Assembly (NCBI GenBank): GCA_965213705.1
Contig: OZ243913.1
Coordinates: 1,376,001 to 1,440,000 of the forward strand
Reading direction: 5' to 3'
DNA from: Trueperaceae bacterium
GTDB taxonomy: Bacteria; Deinococcota; Deinococci; Deinococcales; Trueperaceae
DNA: 64,000 nt
The first letter of the stretch is position 1. Each line of letters begins with the position of its first letter. This document shows positions 1 through 10,127 of the stretch, piece after piece. The notes under the pieces were generated by a model. The model was given only the letters and a program-made list of their open reading frames with translations, was not told the DNA's origin and made no database searches. The position numbers and the translations under genes were made by a program.

Positions 1-572
1 CACTCATCAGTCCGCAACTCAGCCCGAGCTTGCACCGCTCGAGCTTTACAGCCTGGCGCAGCGACCTGTTGCCGAGCGAGCAAAAAAACGCCAAACCCAA
101 ACGCAAACGCGTGACCCGCGGTTTTCAAGGCCAAGCCCAACAGCTCAGCACCGCGCTTACCGCGATTGTCGAGCGCAGCGTGGTGGAGGCGGCGTCCGTC
201 ATCGTCGAAGGTATCCACCTGGTGCCGGGTTTGTTGCCGCTGGACGGGCTCAACGACGCGACCGTGCTCGAGCTGGTTTTGACCGTCACCGACGAAGAAA
301 AACACCGTAGCCACTTCGCCGCTCGGCAGCTGGAGACCAAAAACAAACGCTCGCAGGTGAGCTATCTGGAGCACTTCGAAGAAATCCGCATGATTCACGA
401 CTACCTGAGCAAGCGCGCCAAGAGCGAGCACGTCCCGGTCATCGAGGCCAGCAACTTCGACGAGGCCGTCGACAGGGTGATGGAACTCGTCTTGGACGCC
501 TCGCTCAGCGGGCGCGACGACCCCAAACGCCTCGCCAAACCCGTCGCCGAGGCCGGCGGCCCCAAAGCCTGA
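1..572 (+). CDS. 2-phosphoglycerate kinase family protein, C-terminal part (5' end outside window)
   Basis: ORF containing SFTAW, GFxxQA, ERSxxExxSVIVEGIHLVPG and HxxHFxxR segments typical of 2-PG kinase-like P-loop proteins; frame open to the window start. Confidence 0.75.
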   Translation, partial: LISPQLSPSLHRSSFTAWRSDLLPSEQKNAKPKRKRVTRGFQGQAQQLSTALTAIVERSVVEAASVIVEGIHLVPGLLPLDGLNDATVLELVLTVTDEEKHRSHFAARQLETKNKRSQVSYLEHFEEIRMIHDYLSKRAKSEHVPVIEASNFDEAVDRVMELVLDASLSGRDDPKRLAKPVAEAGGPKA

Positions 573-747
573 GGCTCGAGCTGTCGGCGTCGCCCCGCCA
601 ACAGGTGACGGCCGCTTTTTCAAAGTTACGACAAAGCCCTCCACAACTGCCGAATCCTCACGTCCAACCGGCAAACGAGAAAAATGCCATTCCGGAGCCG
701 CTGCGCCTTTCGTAGACTGCTTTGCGAGCAACGACTGAGGAGTAGGT

Positions 748-1794
748 GTGGCGACAGAAGTGGCGGCTATCGAAACTGAGGGCTTGACCAAACGTTACGG
801 GTCCCGGCCAGTCGTCAGGGACGTTACGTTTCGGGTCATGCCCGGCGAGGTCTACGCGCTGGTCGGGCCGAACGGGGCGGGCAAGACGACCGTTATCCGG
901 CTCGTGTCGGGCTTGGCGTTTCCCAGTTCGGGCAGCGTGCGCTTGCTCGGGGTCGACCCGTTCGAAAAGCCTGCGGTGCGCCGTCAGCTCGGCGCGGTGG
1001 TTGAAGCGCCCGCCGCTTTTTACCCGTACTTGAGCGGCCGCGGCAATTTAAAGTTGCACGCGCGGCTGGCCGGTGGGGTGAGCGACAGCCGCATCGGCGA
1101 GGTGCTGGACCTGTTGGAGTTGAGTTACGCCGCCGAGCGCAAAGTCGGTGTTTACAGCCTTGGGATGCGGCAGCGTTTGGGCGTCGCGGCGGCCCTGCTG
1201 ACCCGGCCGGACGTGCTCATTTTGGACGAGCCCGCGAGTGGCATGGACCCCTTAAGTTTGCACCTCGTCCACTCGGTGTTGCGGAACGCTGCGCGCAACG
1301 GGACGGCGGTGTTGCTCTCGACCCATCACTTAGACGAGGTCGTGGCCTACTGCTCGCGGGTCGGCATCGTCGAGGAGGGCGCGCTCATCGACGAGGTGAA
1401 CCTCTCAGAGCGCCGTGACCGCTACCGGCTGCGCGCCGGCGACGCGCGTGCCGCCAAGCTGGCGCTGGAGACGCAGCCCTGTATTTGCCACGTCACGACG
1501 CGCGGCGACGAGGTCGTGTTCGTGTTGGAGGACAAAAACGCCCTGGGCGAGGTGGGCGCGGTCCTGGCCGGGGCTGACGTCCCCTTGTTCGAACTGGGCC
1601 GCGACACCTTCGACCTGCGCGCTTACTACCGCGAACGCTTGCAAGAGCAGCGCACGCGGCCCGTCCCGGCCGACACCCTCTCGGACAGCTTGCCCGCGGC
1701 CGCCCAGACTGACCTTCCCCAGCCGGACGGTCGCCAGCCGGTTGTTCAAAAAGGGGTGCGTTCCGCCGAGGCTGTGGAGGCCCGGGAAACGTGA
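748..1794 (+). CDS. ABC transporter ATP-binding protein (ABC-2/BcrA-like)
   Basis: Walker A GPNGAGKTT, YSLGMRQR signature, ILDEP, H-loop; GAGGAG RBS before GTG. Confidence 0.93.
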   Translation: MATEVAAIETEGLTKRYGSRPVVRDVTFRVMPGEVYALVGPNGAGKTTVIRLVSGLAFPSSGSVRLLGVDPFEKPAVRRQLGAVVEAPAAFYPYLSGRGNLKLHARLAGGVSDSRIGEVLDLLELSYAAERKVGVYSLGMRQRLGVAAALLTRPDVLILDEPASGMDPLSLHLVHSVLRNAARNGTAVLLSTHHLDEVVAYCSRVGIVEEGALIDEVNLSERRDRYRLRAGDARAAKLALETQPCICHVTTRGDEVVFVLEDKNALGEVGAVLAGADVPLFELGRDTFDLRAYYRERLQEQRTRPVPADTLSDSLPAAAQTDLPQPDGRQPVVQKGVRSAEAVEARET

Positions 1795-2564
1795 ACCGTC
1801 TCCTGGGTCTTGAATTCAGCAAGCTGTTTCGACTCAGCAGCCTCCGGTTCAGCCTTGTTTTGTTGGCGGTGTTTCCGCTGCTGTGGGCTTACGCGCCGGG
1901 TATTTACAACGTGTACGGCTTTTTTATCGTGTCGGCGTTTCAGGTGCCCGCCCTGAGTTTGCTCTCGAGCATGGAGTTCTTGTTGCCGCTGCTGGTCGCG
2001 ATTGCCAGCGCGGAACTGCTCGGCATCGAAATCGCTTACGGCACGTTGCCGACGGTGCTGTTGCGGCCCGTCACGCGCTCGCAGTGGCTGTTAGCCAAGC
2101 TGCTGGTCGCGGCGGTTTACCCGTTTGTCTTGCTGGCATTTTTTTTCGTGTTTTCGCTGCTGGCCGGGTCACCGCAGGGCTTTGGGGACTTTGTCGGCGG
2201 CACGGGCGTCGGGATAGGCGGCCTGCTCGGCGAGGGCACGATGCCCGCGGGAGCAGCCTGGGGCGAACTCGTGCGGGCTTACTTCGTCGCCGCCACGAGT
2301 TTGGTGCCCATCAGCCTGCTGTCCGTCTTGTTCACGGTCATCTTTATGAACGCCTCGGCAGGCGCCCTGGCGACGCTGGCCGTCCTCATCTTTATGCAAC
2401 TGCTGGTCGTCTTCCCGGTTTTAGGCCCTTACCTGCTGACTTCACAGCTGAACGCTTACGTGTCGCCGGTCGCCGGAACGGGCTGGGTGGTGGCGCTTAT
2501 CGCCCTGTACAGCGCAGTTTTCGCCGCCGTCGCCGTGGTGATTTTCGAGCGCAAAGATTTTTGA
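1791..2564 (+). CDS. ABC-2 family permease
   Basis: ~6 TM helices, E-x3-GT-L-x3-L-x-RP-x-TR motif, C-terminal FERKDF; GTGA overlap with the ATPase. Confidence 0.88.
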   Translation: MNRLLGLEFSKLFRLSSLRFSLVLLAVFPLLWAYAPGIYNVYGFFIVSAFQVPALSLLSSMEFLLPLLVAIASAELLGIEIAYGTLPTVLLRPVTRSQWLLAKLLVAAVYPFVLLAFFFVFSLLAGSPQGFGDFVGGTGVGIGGLLGEGTMPAGAAWGELVRAYFVAATSLVPISLLSVLFTVIFMNASAGALATLAVLIFMQLLVVFPVLGPYLLTSQLNAYVSPVAGTGWVVALIALYSAVFAAVAVVIFERKDF

Positions 2565-2855
2565 CCTGCGCAAAAATTTTTGTCCTGGAGCCGGCCCCGA
2601 AGCGAGGTCGGAGCCGGGACGAGTTCGGCGGGTGCGGAACGGCAAACAGGTTGGAACCAGGGGGCAGCGGGCTCAAACTCTACTTTCACTCGCCTCGAAA
2701 TTCTTTTTCCGTGCAGGCCCGAGGCGTTGACCCGGGCAGAACTGTTTGAAGTCTTTCGGGGTGCCGGAGAAGTTCTTAAGGCGTGCTACCAAAGTTTGTA
2801 GCACGCCTTTTTCGAATGCGCACACGTGTTCGTGCAAGCTGGGGTATAAACTTTA

Positions 2856-4046
2856 TTGATTCTGGTGGCACCGGGCTCGAGGAAGGAAGTCAGCTTGCAT
2901 TTCACCAAGGCGCGTACCGCCTCAACCCCCATCCCCAGCCGGCCCGTCCTGCAACGTCCGGCCCTACAAGGCTCGAGCTTGCGCCGCGCTGTCCTGTTTT
3001 TTTGTCTTTGCTGCGGTTTTTGGCTGACGGCCTGGGGAGGAGCCATGTCGTACACGGTTCAGGTGGTGGCGGTTTCAAGCCAAGACCGCGCGCTGGCTTT
3101 GGTGAGCGACCTCACCCGCCAGGGTTACCCCGCTTACCTGCTCACCGTACCTACCCCGCAAGGGCTCGTTTACCGAATTCGCGTAGGCGCGTTCGCCAAC
3201 CGGGACGCCGCCGCGCGCTACGCGGCTGCGCTGCCCGCAACTGGCGACAGTCTCCCAACGCCCGCGCTGGCCGAGAACGTCCCGGCCGGACTGAGTCCGC
3301 TCGCACCTGCCCTGTTGGGGGTTTACCGTCTCGGGGCCGAAACCGTCCGGGTTTTGACCTGGCGAGACGGCGTGGCCTTGCGCGCGCAGGGCCACGCCGC
3401 GCAGCAAGCTTTTTACACCGTGCTGGACGGCGCAGCCGAGCCGCTGAGCTTTGCGGCTTGGCGGGCCGCTCCGCAAGACGACGGCACGGTTTTGCGCGTT
3501 TACAACTTTCCCCTGTGGCCCGACGACTGGCCCACCCTGACGGCGGCGGCCCGAGCGGACTACCGGCAGACGGTGCTCGGCAACCTGGCTCTTCAGTTCG
3601 GGACGAGCGTGGCGACTTTGGAAGCCTTTGTCTTTGACGCGCAACCTACCTCCACGGACGAGTCTCAAGCACCGTTTCTCGTCCTCGCCGAACGTTTCGA
3701 CCCCGCGACCGGTGCTCGGGAACGCCTGAAGGTGTTGGGTCGTCCCGGTACCGTGAGCGCGGCCGGCCCGGCGTTGGACGGTCTGGGCGGTTTCGTGCCC
3801 GACATAGCCGACCCCGCCCCGCTCTACGAAATCGGTTCTGAAGACGGTGGGCCGGCGCAGCAGGACGGCGGCTGGCAGGGTGACGGCTGGCAGGCCGTCG
3901 CCGCCGACGGCTACACCGAACTCTCCACTGCGGGCTCAGGCAAACCCTGGCGCGCCGTCGTCGGTACGCCGCTGTGGGCGCAGCAGGACGTCCTCATCAC
4001 CTTGGACGACCGCGACGTACTCTTTTACAGGTTGCTCGAGCGCTGA
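2856..4046 (+). CDS. SPOR domain-containing exported protein (true start possibly TTG 2979)
   Basis: Signal-like segment then YTVQVVA...GYPAY...YRIRVGAFANRDAA SPOR pattern. Confidence 0.75.
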   Translation: MILVAPGSRKEVSLHFTKARTASTPIPSRPVLQRPALQGSSLRRAVLFFCLCCGFWLTAWGGAMSYTVQVVAVSSQDRALALVSDLTRQGYPAYLLTVPTPQGLVYRIRVGAFANRDAAARYAAALPATGDSLPTPALAENVPAGLSPLAPALLGVYRLGAETVRVLTWRDGVALRAQGHAAQQAFYTVLDGAAEPLSFAAWRAAPQDDGTVLRVYNFPLWPDDWPTLTAAARADYRQTVLGNLALQFGTSVATLEAFVFDAQPTSTDESQAPFLVLAERFDPATGARERLKVLGRPGTVSAAGPALDGLGGFVPDIADPAPLYEIGSEDGGPAQQDGGWQGDGWQAVAADGYTELSTAGSGKPWRAVVGTPLWAQQDVLITLDDRDVLFYRLLER

Positions 4047-4052
4047 CCCTTC

Positions 4053-4081
4053 GCAGGGGTGGGTTTCAAACCCACCCCTGC
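4053..4081. repeat. REP-like perfect palindrome / bidirectional terminator between convergent genes
   Basis: GCAGGGGTGGGTTT-C-AAACCCACCCCTGC, 14-bp arms; degenerate relative at 55573-55597. Confidence 0.7.
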
Positions 4082-4129
4082 CCCCCGACGAACTCGCCAT
4101 ACGCTGGCCGCCGGCCCTGCGTCCCAGCG

Positions 4130-4969
4130 CTATTTTCCCGTGAAGTCGGCGGCGCGCTTTTCTAAAAAGGCCGTCGTGCCCTCGGTCATGTCTTCGGTCG
4201 TCGCGACGATGCCGAACAGGTCGGCTTCGATTTCCAGACCCTGGTTCAAGGTCACGTCGAGCCCCCGCACGACCGCTTCTTTGGCGAGTCCGAGCGCGAC
4301 GGGCGCGTTTTTAAGGATTTGGGCGGCCAGTTCTTTGGCGGCGGAGAGCGCGTCCGGGGCGACGCGGTTGACGATGCCGAGCTGCAGCGCTTCGTCGGCT
4401 TTGACGTGCCGACCGGTATAAATGAGGTCGAGGGCGCGGCCCATGCCGACGAGCCGCGCCAAACGCTGCGTACCGCCGTAACCGGGGATGAGGCCCAAGC
4501 TGACCTCGGGCAAACCCAAGCGTGCATCCTCGCTCGCCACGCGCAGGTCGGCGGCGAGGGCCAGCTCGAGCCCGCCCCCCAGTGCAAAGCCGTTGACGGC
4601 GGCAATCGTCGGTACGGGCAGCGCGGCGAGGGTGTTCATCACGTCTTGGCCCGCCAAAGAAGCTTCCCGGCCACTAAAGGGGTCGCTCAGTTTTTGCAAG
4701 TTGGCGATGTCCGCCCCGGCGACGAACGCTCGCCCGCTCCCGGTAATGATGAGCGCGCGCACGTTCAGGTCGGCCTCGGCGAGTTCGAACGCCAAGCTCA
4801 GTTCGAACAGCAGGTCGCCGTTGAGCGCGTTGAGCGCGTCGGGCCGGTCGACGGTGACGATAGCCACCCCGTCGTCGACCTCGTAAGTGAGGTAGTTGAA
4901 GTCTTCGGTTAGGTCGTCCATGCTCGGGTTATCCATATCCATTTCGTCACTGTTCGGGTCGTCGCTCAC
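4130..4969 (-). CDS. Enoyl-CoA hydratase/isomerase (crotonase)
   Basis: RPDALNAL, AFVAGADI, GFALGGGLELALAAD, GLPEVSLGLIPGYGGTQRL. Confidence 0.93.
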   Translation of the reverse strand: MSDDPNSDEMDMDNPSMDDLTEDFNYLTYEVDDGVAIVTVDRPDALNALNGDLLFELSLAFELAEADLNVRALIITGSGRAFVAGADIANLQKLSDPFSGREASLAGQDVMNTLAALPVPTIAAVNGFALGGGLELALAADLRVASEDARLGLPEVSLGLIPGYGGTQRLARLVGMGRALDLIYTGRHVKADEALQLGIVNRVAPDALSAAKELAAQILKNAPVALGLAKEAVVRGLDVTLNQGLEIEADLFGIVATTEDMTEGTTAFLEKRAADFTGK

Positions 4970-5060
4970 ACTGGCTCCTTGTTCACTGAAAAATTCGTGT
5001 TTTGGCGGTTTAGGTCCCGAAAAAGCTGAAAGTCCTCGAGCCTGCGGGCGGGTTGACTTC

Positions 5061-5906
5061 TCACTGTTCGTACTTGTAAAAGCCCTCGCCCGTCTTGCGG
5101 CCGAGCTTGCCCGCGCGCACCATTTGGCGCACCAGCGGGGCGACGCGGAACTTGGAATCTTGAAACTCGTTATAGAGCGATTCCCCGGCGGCCAGCGCCA
5201 CGTCCAAACCGACCAAGTCGGCCAGCGCCAGCGGACCGATGGGCATGTTGGCCCCCAACTTCATCGCCTTGTCGATGTCCTCGGCGCTGGCGACACCCTC
5301 GCCGAGCGCGTGGACGGCGTCGTTCATGTAGGGCACGAGCAGGCGGTTGACGATAAAGCCGGGTTTGTCCGCGCAGACGATGGGCGTCTTGCCCAACCCT
5401 TCGACAAAGCGCGTCATTTTTTGAACGGTCGCGTCGGCGGTGCGCAGCCCACGCACGACCTCGACGAGGGGCAAGACCGGCACCGGGTTGAAAAAGTGTA
5501 AACCGCAAAACCGCTCGGGCTTGCTCACAAAAGAAGCGAGTTCGGTAATGGAGAGGCTCGAGGTGTTGCTCGCCAAAGTCGCCGTGTCCTTGGCGACTTT
5601 GTCCACTTTTCCCCACAGCTCGCGCTTGGCACTCAGGTTTTCAAAAATCGCCTCGACGACCAGGTCGACTTTTTTAAACTGGTCGAGGTCGCCGATAAGG
5701 GTGATGTTGGAAAGTGCGGCGGCCTTGCCGTCCTCGCTCAGCGCGCCTTTTTTGACCACTCGAGCTAAACTCGCTTTGACGGCGGTCATGCCGCGGGTGC
5801 GGGCTTCTTCGCTCACGTCGAAGAGCAACACCTCGTGTCCCGCCGCCGCGCAAGCCTGGGCGATGCCCGCGCCCATCGTTCCCGCACCGGCGACGGCGAC
5901 TTTCAT
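5061..5906 (-). CDS. hbd: 3-hydroxybutyryl-CoA dehydrogenase
   Basis: GAGTMGAGIA Rossmann motif, VVEAIFE, SNTSSL, GLHFFNP, PGFIVNRLL, GRKTGEGFY. Confidence 0.92.
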   Translation of the reverse strand: MKVAVAGAGTMGAGIAQACAAAGHEVLLFDVSEEARTRGMTAVKASLARVVKKGALSEDGKAAALSNITLIGDLDQFKKVDLVVEAIFENLSAKRELWGKVDKVAKDTATLASNTSSLSITELASFVSKPERFCGLHFFNPVPVLPLVEVVRGLRTADATVQKMTRFVEGLGKTPIVCADKPGFIVNRLLVPYMNDAVHALGEGVASAEDIDKAMKLGANMPIGPLALADLVGLDVALAAGESLYNEFQDSKFRVAPLVRQMVRAGKLGRKTGEGFYKYEQ

Positions 5907-5929
5907 ACGTTCCCCTTCGTTGTCAGCCT

Positions 5930-6646
5930 TCATGCTCGTTCCAAACTTAGACCTGCTTGTAAAGCGACTTTGACCATGCTGTCGATTCCTTTCGTCATCA
6001 CGTCGGGCGCGACCACTGCCGGGTCGCCGATGTAGTTCGAGGCGACCAGGGCGGTACCGACCTCGACTTTGCGCAGTTTACCAAGTAAAAACAAGGCCGA
6101 AGACTCCATTTCGACCGCCAGCACGCCGAGTCCGGCAAGCCGTTCGACGTCGTCGGCGGTCGTCGCGTAAAAGGCGTCTTCGGTTTGAATCAGCCCGACG
6201 TGGTGGCGCCGCTCTTCGGCCCGCGCCGCACTCACAAGAGCTTCGGTGACCGCGTACGAGGCCGTGGGCGCGTACGGGGCGTGGTTCAAATACATGCGGG
6301 TCGTGCCGTCGGCAGGAATGGCCGACAAACCCAACACTAGGTCGCCGGGGTTGACGGTAGGGTCGATAATCCCGGCCGTGCCGACGCGAACGAGGGTTTG
6401 TGCACCCAGCTTGACGAGTTCCTCGACGACGATGGCGAGACTCGGGCAGCCCATCCCCGTGGTCTGCACGCTCACCCTTAGCCCCTGGTAGGTACCTGTA
6501 TAGCCGAGAAGTTGGCGGTTGCGGTTGTAAAGCTGCGCGTTTTCAAGAAAAGTCTCGGCGATGAACGTCGTGCGGCCCGGGTCGCCCGGCAGCAGCACGA
6601 AGGGCGCAACCTGGGCCGCCTCGGCGTGAATGTGAAATTGGCTCAT
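5930..6646 (-). CDS. deoD: Purine nucleoside phosphorylase (DeoD-type)
   Basis: LLPGDPGR, TTGMGCPS, RVGTAG, DAFY, AVEMES motifs. Confidence 0.85.
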   Translation of the reverse strand: MSQFHIHAEAAQVAPFVLLPGDPGRTTFIAETFLENAQLYNRNRQLLGYTGTYQGLRVSVQTTGMGCPSLAIVVEELVKLGAQTLVRVGTAGIIDPTVNPGDLVLGLSAIPADGTTRMYLNHAPYAPTASYAVTEALVSAARAEERRHHVGLIQTEDAFYATTADDVERLAGLGVLAVEMESSALFLLGKLRKVEVGTALVASNYIGDPAVVAPDVMTKGIDSMVKVALQAGLSLERA

Positions 6647-6874
6647 AAGCCCTGAGGATAGCGTACCCCTTGCGAACAAACAACTCAGCCTTCGCTCGGC
6701 GAATTGACGACCGTGAGGCCGAGTCGCGGCGCAGACTTTCTACTGAGAAATTTCTACTGAGAAAACGGCCTGCTTCGTGAGCACCCCGGAATGTGACGGA
6801 TGCGCTCACCCGTTTCTCATTCGGCTGTACGCTGTTGTTTAACGAGCAGTCGTTCAACGTTTGAGGAGGCTAAC

Positions 6875-7111
6875 GTGTTTGAATTGTATCTTTTGCCGGT
6901 TGCTGCCTATGTAGGCGTCGTGGTTTACATGGCGCGGTGTTACGGGAAAACCAAGACCCTGCAGTTCCGTGGCGTCCTGAACATTTTGATGTGGCCCCTG
7001 GACCTGGTTTGGCCTTTTCTGGTCGCCGCCGTCGCAGCGCTCGAGCTGTTGCTCGCCACCAGACGTTTCGGCGTTGCGCACGTCGCGCCGCGCAGCACCG
7101 ACCCGGTCTGA
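6875..7111 (+). CDS. Small hypothetical membrane protein (78 aa)
   Basis: GAGGAGG RBS then GTG 6875; two hydrophobic segments. Confidence 0.55.
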   Translation: MFELYLLPVAAYVGVVVYMARCYGKTKTLQFRGVLNILMWPLDLVWPFLVAAVAALELLLATRRFGVAHVAPRSTDPV

Positions 7112-7443
7112 CCCCAAACCCGCCTAACCCGAGCCGTTACCGGTCGCGCCCCAACAAATCAACTATTGAACGTCAAAAAAGCCGAGCCCAAGAGGTTGTG
7201 AAAGCAGGACTTTCGCGCGGCTCTTTGTTCCGGCCTTGTTTACAGCCCCCTATGCACGGCCTCACGCAGTCGGCTCGGTACGTGACCGGTCGAGCAAAAG
7301 ACAGGTCTTCGAGCCGCCCTTAGGCCGCTTTACAAACTCACACCTTCAAACTCACACCTCCGAAGCTGTCGTCACGACTCAGACCGCCCCCGTGTGAGAA
7401 ACTTTCGGTGGCTCGAGCCGCTGCGGGTGCTAGGCTCGAAAGC

Positions 7444-7803
7444 GTGCAGGACTTGAGCGAACTTTTGAGTTTCGTGGCCTCGAACGTCGACGGCGCCCGG
7501 TGCGTCGCGCTCGGGGGCAGCGACGGACTGTTGATAGAGCAGTACCCCGACCAGGACCAGCACTTAGCCGCGTTCACCGCCGAAATGACGAACGTGCTGG
7601 GTGCGCTGGCGCGGCTCGGCGCGACCGGTTTCGACGGCGGCTCGCTCAAAGAGGTCATGGTGACGGCGGACAAGGCTATTCACTACACGCGGCGCCTCAA
7701 CACCGACTTTTTTTTGGTCGTCATCATGAGCCCGGCGGGCAACTTGGGCAAAGTGCGGCTCTACACCGAACAGGTCGCGCCGAAAATGCTCGAGCTGTTC
7801 TGA
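7444..7803 (+). CDS. Roadblock/LC7 domain protein (MglB-like)
   Basis: VDGARCVALGGSDGLLIE and GNLGKVRL patterns; TAGGCT box 7 nt before GTG. Confidence 0.85.
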   Translation: MQDLSELLSFVASNVDGARCVALGGSDGLLIEQYPDQDQHLAAFTAEMTNVLGALARLGATGFDGGSLKEVMVTADKAIHYTRRLNTDFFLVVIMSPAGNLGKVRLYTEQVAPKMLELF

Positions 7804-7844
7804 GGGTCCGGGTTATTAAGGAGACGGGTTATTAAGGAGACGGT

Positions 7845-8207
7845 GTGGGTTTACGCGAGTTGTTGAACCAAGTCATCAGCATCAAGGGCGTCGGCAGCGC
7901 CGCGGTGGTAAGCAGTTCGGGGTTCGTCATCGAAGGCGCCGCCAACAACGAGACCGACCTGAGCTTCGTCGGCGGCCTCATCATCAGTGGTCTAGCCTCG
8001 AGCCGCGTGCTGGCGAGTTTTTTGGGCGAAGGCGAGGTCCTGCAAACGATGCTCGAGTACGAAAACGGTCCGGTGCTGCTCATCCCGTTGGGCGGCGAAG
8101 ACGCGCCCGTCATGGTCGCCACCTTGGCCTCGGCCGCCGTGCTGGGCCGCACCCGGCACAGCCTGCGCAAACTCGTACCCGACATCGCGCGCGCCGTCGC
8201 GCCCTGA
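7845..8207 (+). CDS. Roadblock/LC7 domain protein (second paralog)
   Basis: IKGVGSAAVVSSSGFVIE, MLEYENG, LGRTR pattern; AAGGAG RBS. Confidence 0.85.
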   Translation: MGLRELLNQVISIKGVGSAAVVSSSGFVIEGAANNETDLSFVGGLIISGLASSRVLASFLGEGEVLQTMLEYENGPVLLIPLGGEDAPVMVATLASAAVLGRTRHSLRKLVPDIARAVAP

Positions 8208-8347
8208 GGCCGCGCGTCCCGCTCGCTCTCCTCTGACGCCGTCTCAAGCTTTCACACCGTCCCAAGTCGGAGCTGTAAGGGCCGCTAGCGGGGGTGAAAC
8301 CCGCAAGGCGTAGCGCGCGCGCCAGACGCGCGGCGTACACTGGAGCC

Positions 8348-8620
8348 ATGAGCAAAGAACTCAAACTCGAGCTGGACAAAGAGACCGCCAAGGGAACGTA
8401 CACGAACATGGCCGTTATCACCCACACCAAAGACGAGTTCATTTTGGACTTCGCGCTGGTTTATCCGGGCCAGGCGCCCCAGGTCAACAGCCGCGTGATT
8501 ACCAGCCCGAACCACGCCAAGGCCTTTTTGCGCAGCCTGGAAGACAACCTTCGCCGTTACGAAGCGCGTTTCGGCGACCTTGGCGACGCGCCCGCACGCC
8601 CGACGGGGCCACAAAACTAA
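8348..8620 (+). CDS. DUF3467 domain protein
   Basis: GTYTNMAVITHTKDEFILDF...SRVITSPNHAKAF...YEARFG; TACACT-N6-ATG. Confidence 0.85.
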   Translation: MSKELKLELDKETAKGTYTNMAVITHTKDEFILDFALVYPGQAPQVNSRVITSPNHAKAFLRSLEDNLRRYEARFGDLGDAPARPTGPQN

Positions 8621-8727
8621 ACCCTTCCGGGACCTGCGTGCGGACAAGCTGCAGGCTCGAGCGGGGGTCCTCGGGGCCTGTCGCTCGGATTACCTGAAGG
8701 TGGGTAGCCCCACGTTCTAATAAACTC

Positions 8728-9345
8728 GTGGCTGAAACCGTAACCGTGTATTTCGACTACCTGTGTCCTTTCGCCTGGCGGGCGGCCGAGCTTGCCGAAG
8801 TGGTGGCGCAGGAGTTGGGGGTAGCTTTTACCTGGCGACACTTCAGCTTGTACCAAAACAACTACCAGGGCGCCTCCAACTGGCAACTGTGGAACGACCC
8901 CGTCGACTTCGACGACGACAGTGGCGGCAAGGGCCTGTTGCCCTTTCTGGCGTCTTGTGCGGCGCGGCGTCAAGGCAGGGCGGCGCACGACGCTTTTCGC
9001 TTGACGACGTTGCGCGCCCGGCACCGGGAGTGTCGCCCGCTGACCCTCAAAACAGTGTTCGCCGCCGCTGAGGTGGCGGGCTTGCACCTGCCGAGCTTCG
9101 AGCAAGACCTGGGCAATCCCGAGTCGCGTACCCTCCTCGCCAAAGAACATCACCAGGCGACCAGCCTGGACGTGTTCGGCACCCCGACCTTTCACTTTCC
9201 GAGCGGTCACTTGGCTTATTTTCGCATCGGCAAGCTCCCGGCGAGTCCGCGTGAAGCCGTGGACCTATTTGTAAACTACCAGCACTTGCTCGAGGCCTAC
9301 CCGTATTTAGAAACCATCAAACGTCCCCGGCCTAAGGGAAATTAG
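8728..9345 (+). CDS. DsbA/FrnE-like thioredoxin-fold protein
   Basis: YFDYLCPFAW and VFGTPTF motifs (single Cys). Confidence 0.8.
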   Translation: MAETVTVYFDYLCPFAWRAAELAEVVAQELGVAFTWRHFSLYQNNYQGASNWQLWNDPVDFDDDSGGKGLLPFLASCAARRQGRAAHDAFRLTTLRARHRECRPLTLKTVFAAAEVAGLHLPSFEQDLGNPESRTLLAKEHHQATSLDVFGTPTFHFPSGHLAYFRIGKLPASPREAVDLFVNYQHLLEAYPYLETIKRPRPKGN

Positions 9346-10127
9346 CGTAGGAGAGTGGGAAATTAAGGACGTAAAAGCTTTTACTACCTCACTTCCCGAC
9401 CCTTTACTCTGTTACACCAAGCAGGTATGGCAGGGATGACGTGTCTCAATCACAAATTGCTCGTGTAGCTTTCTCGAGCTTTTCTCGAAAAGCGTTCCTG
9501 ACGCACCCAGCTTGTGCGCCGAAGGCAAAAGGCGACGGTGCGGAAGCTGAGAACGATAAGCTGTTACGGCCCTGAGAGAACTTGAAAACATGTCGTCCTG
9601 GCCGCACTTAACCAGACATAGCCGAGTTTAAGTTGTCAGTCCTATCTTTGCCCTACTGACAAGTACCATAGCCCGCGATACTATCCAGTTGATCCCAAGA
9701 AAATCAGTTTTGGGGCAAATTTAGATCGTTCCCGGTGACACTTTGGTAGACAACAATGTCTTTCACGAGTATGGTCATCTTGCCTACTACCGGAAGATGA
9801 TGTGAGAGTTGTCCTACAACCGTGAACATGGCTGCAACCTCAGTGGTGCTTGTGCCTCGTTTCCGCTTTGTGGCGGCTGTATAGATCACACTCAATTCGA
9901 GAGTATAGGTCCTGAGGCAGCCATGATTGAGGGGTGGGCGGATTTTTTTGCAGCGCTCACGACCAGAGTGTTCTATGATGTCACAAACTCGTTTCAGGTT
10001 AAAAACAGTATAAGTAATTGGCCGACCGGCCTAGGTAATGAAGCTCGCGTCGCCGCGTTCCTGTGGGATATGTGGGACAATGTAGGTGTTACAAATGACC
10101 CAGACTTTAGGTTTGACAACAAAGATG

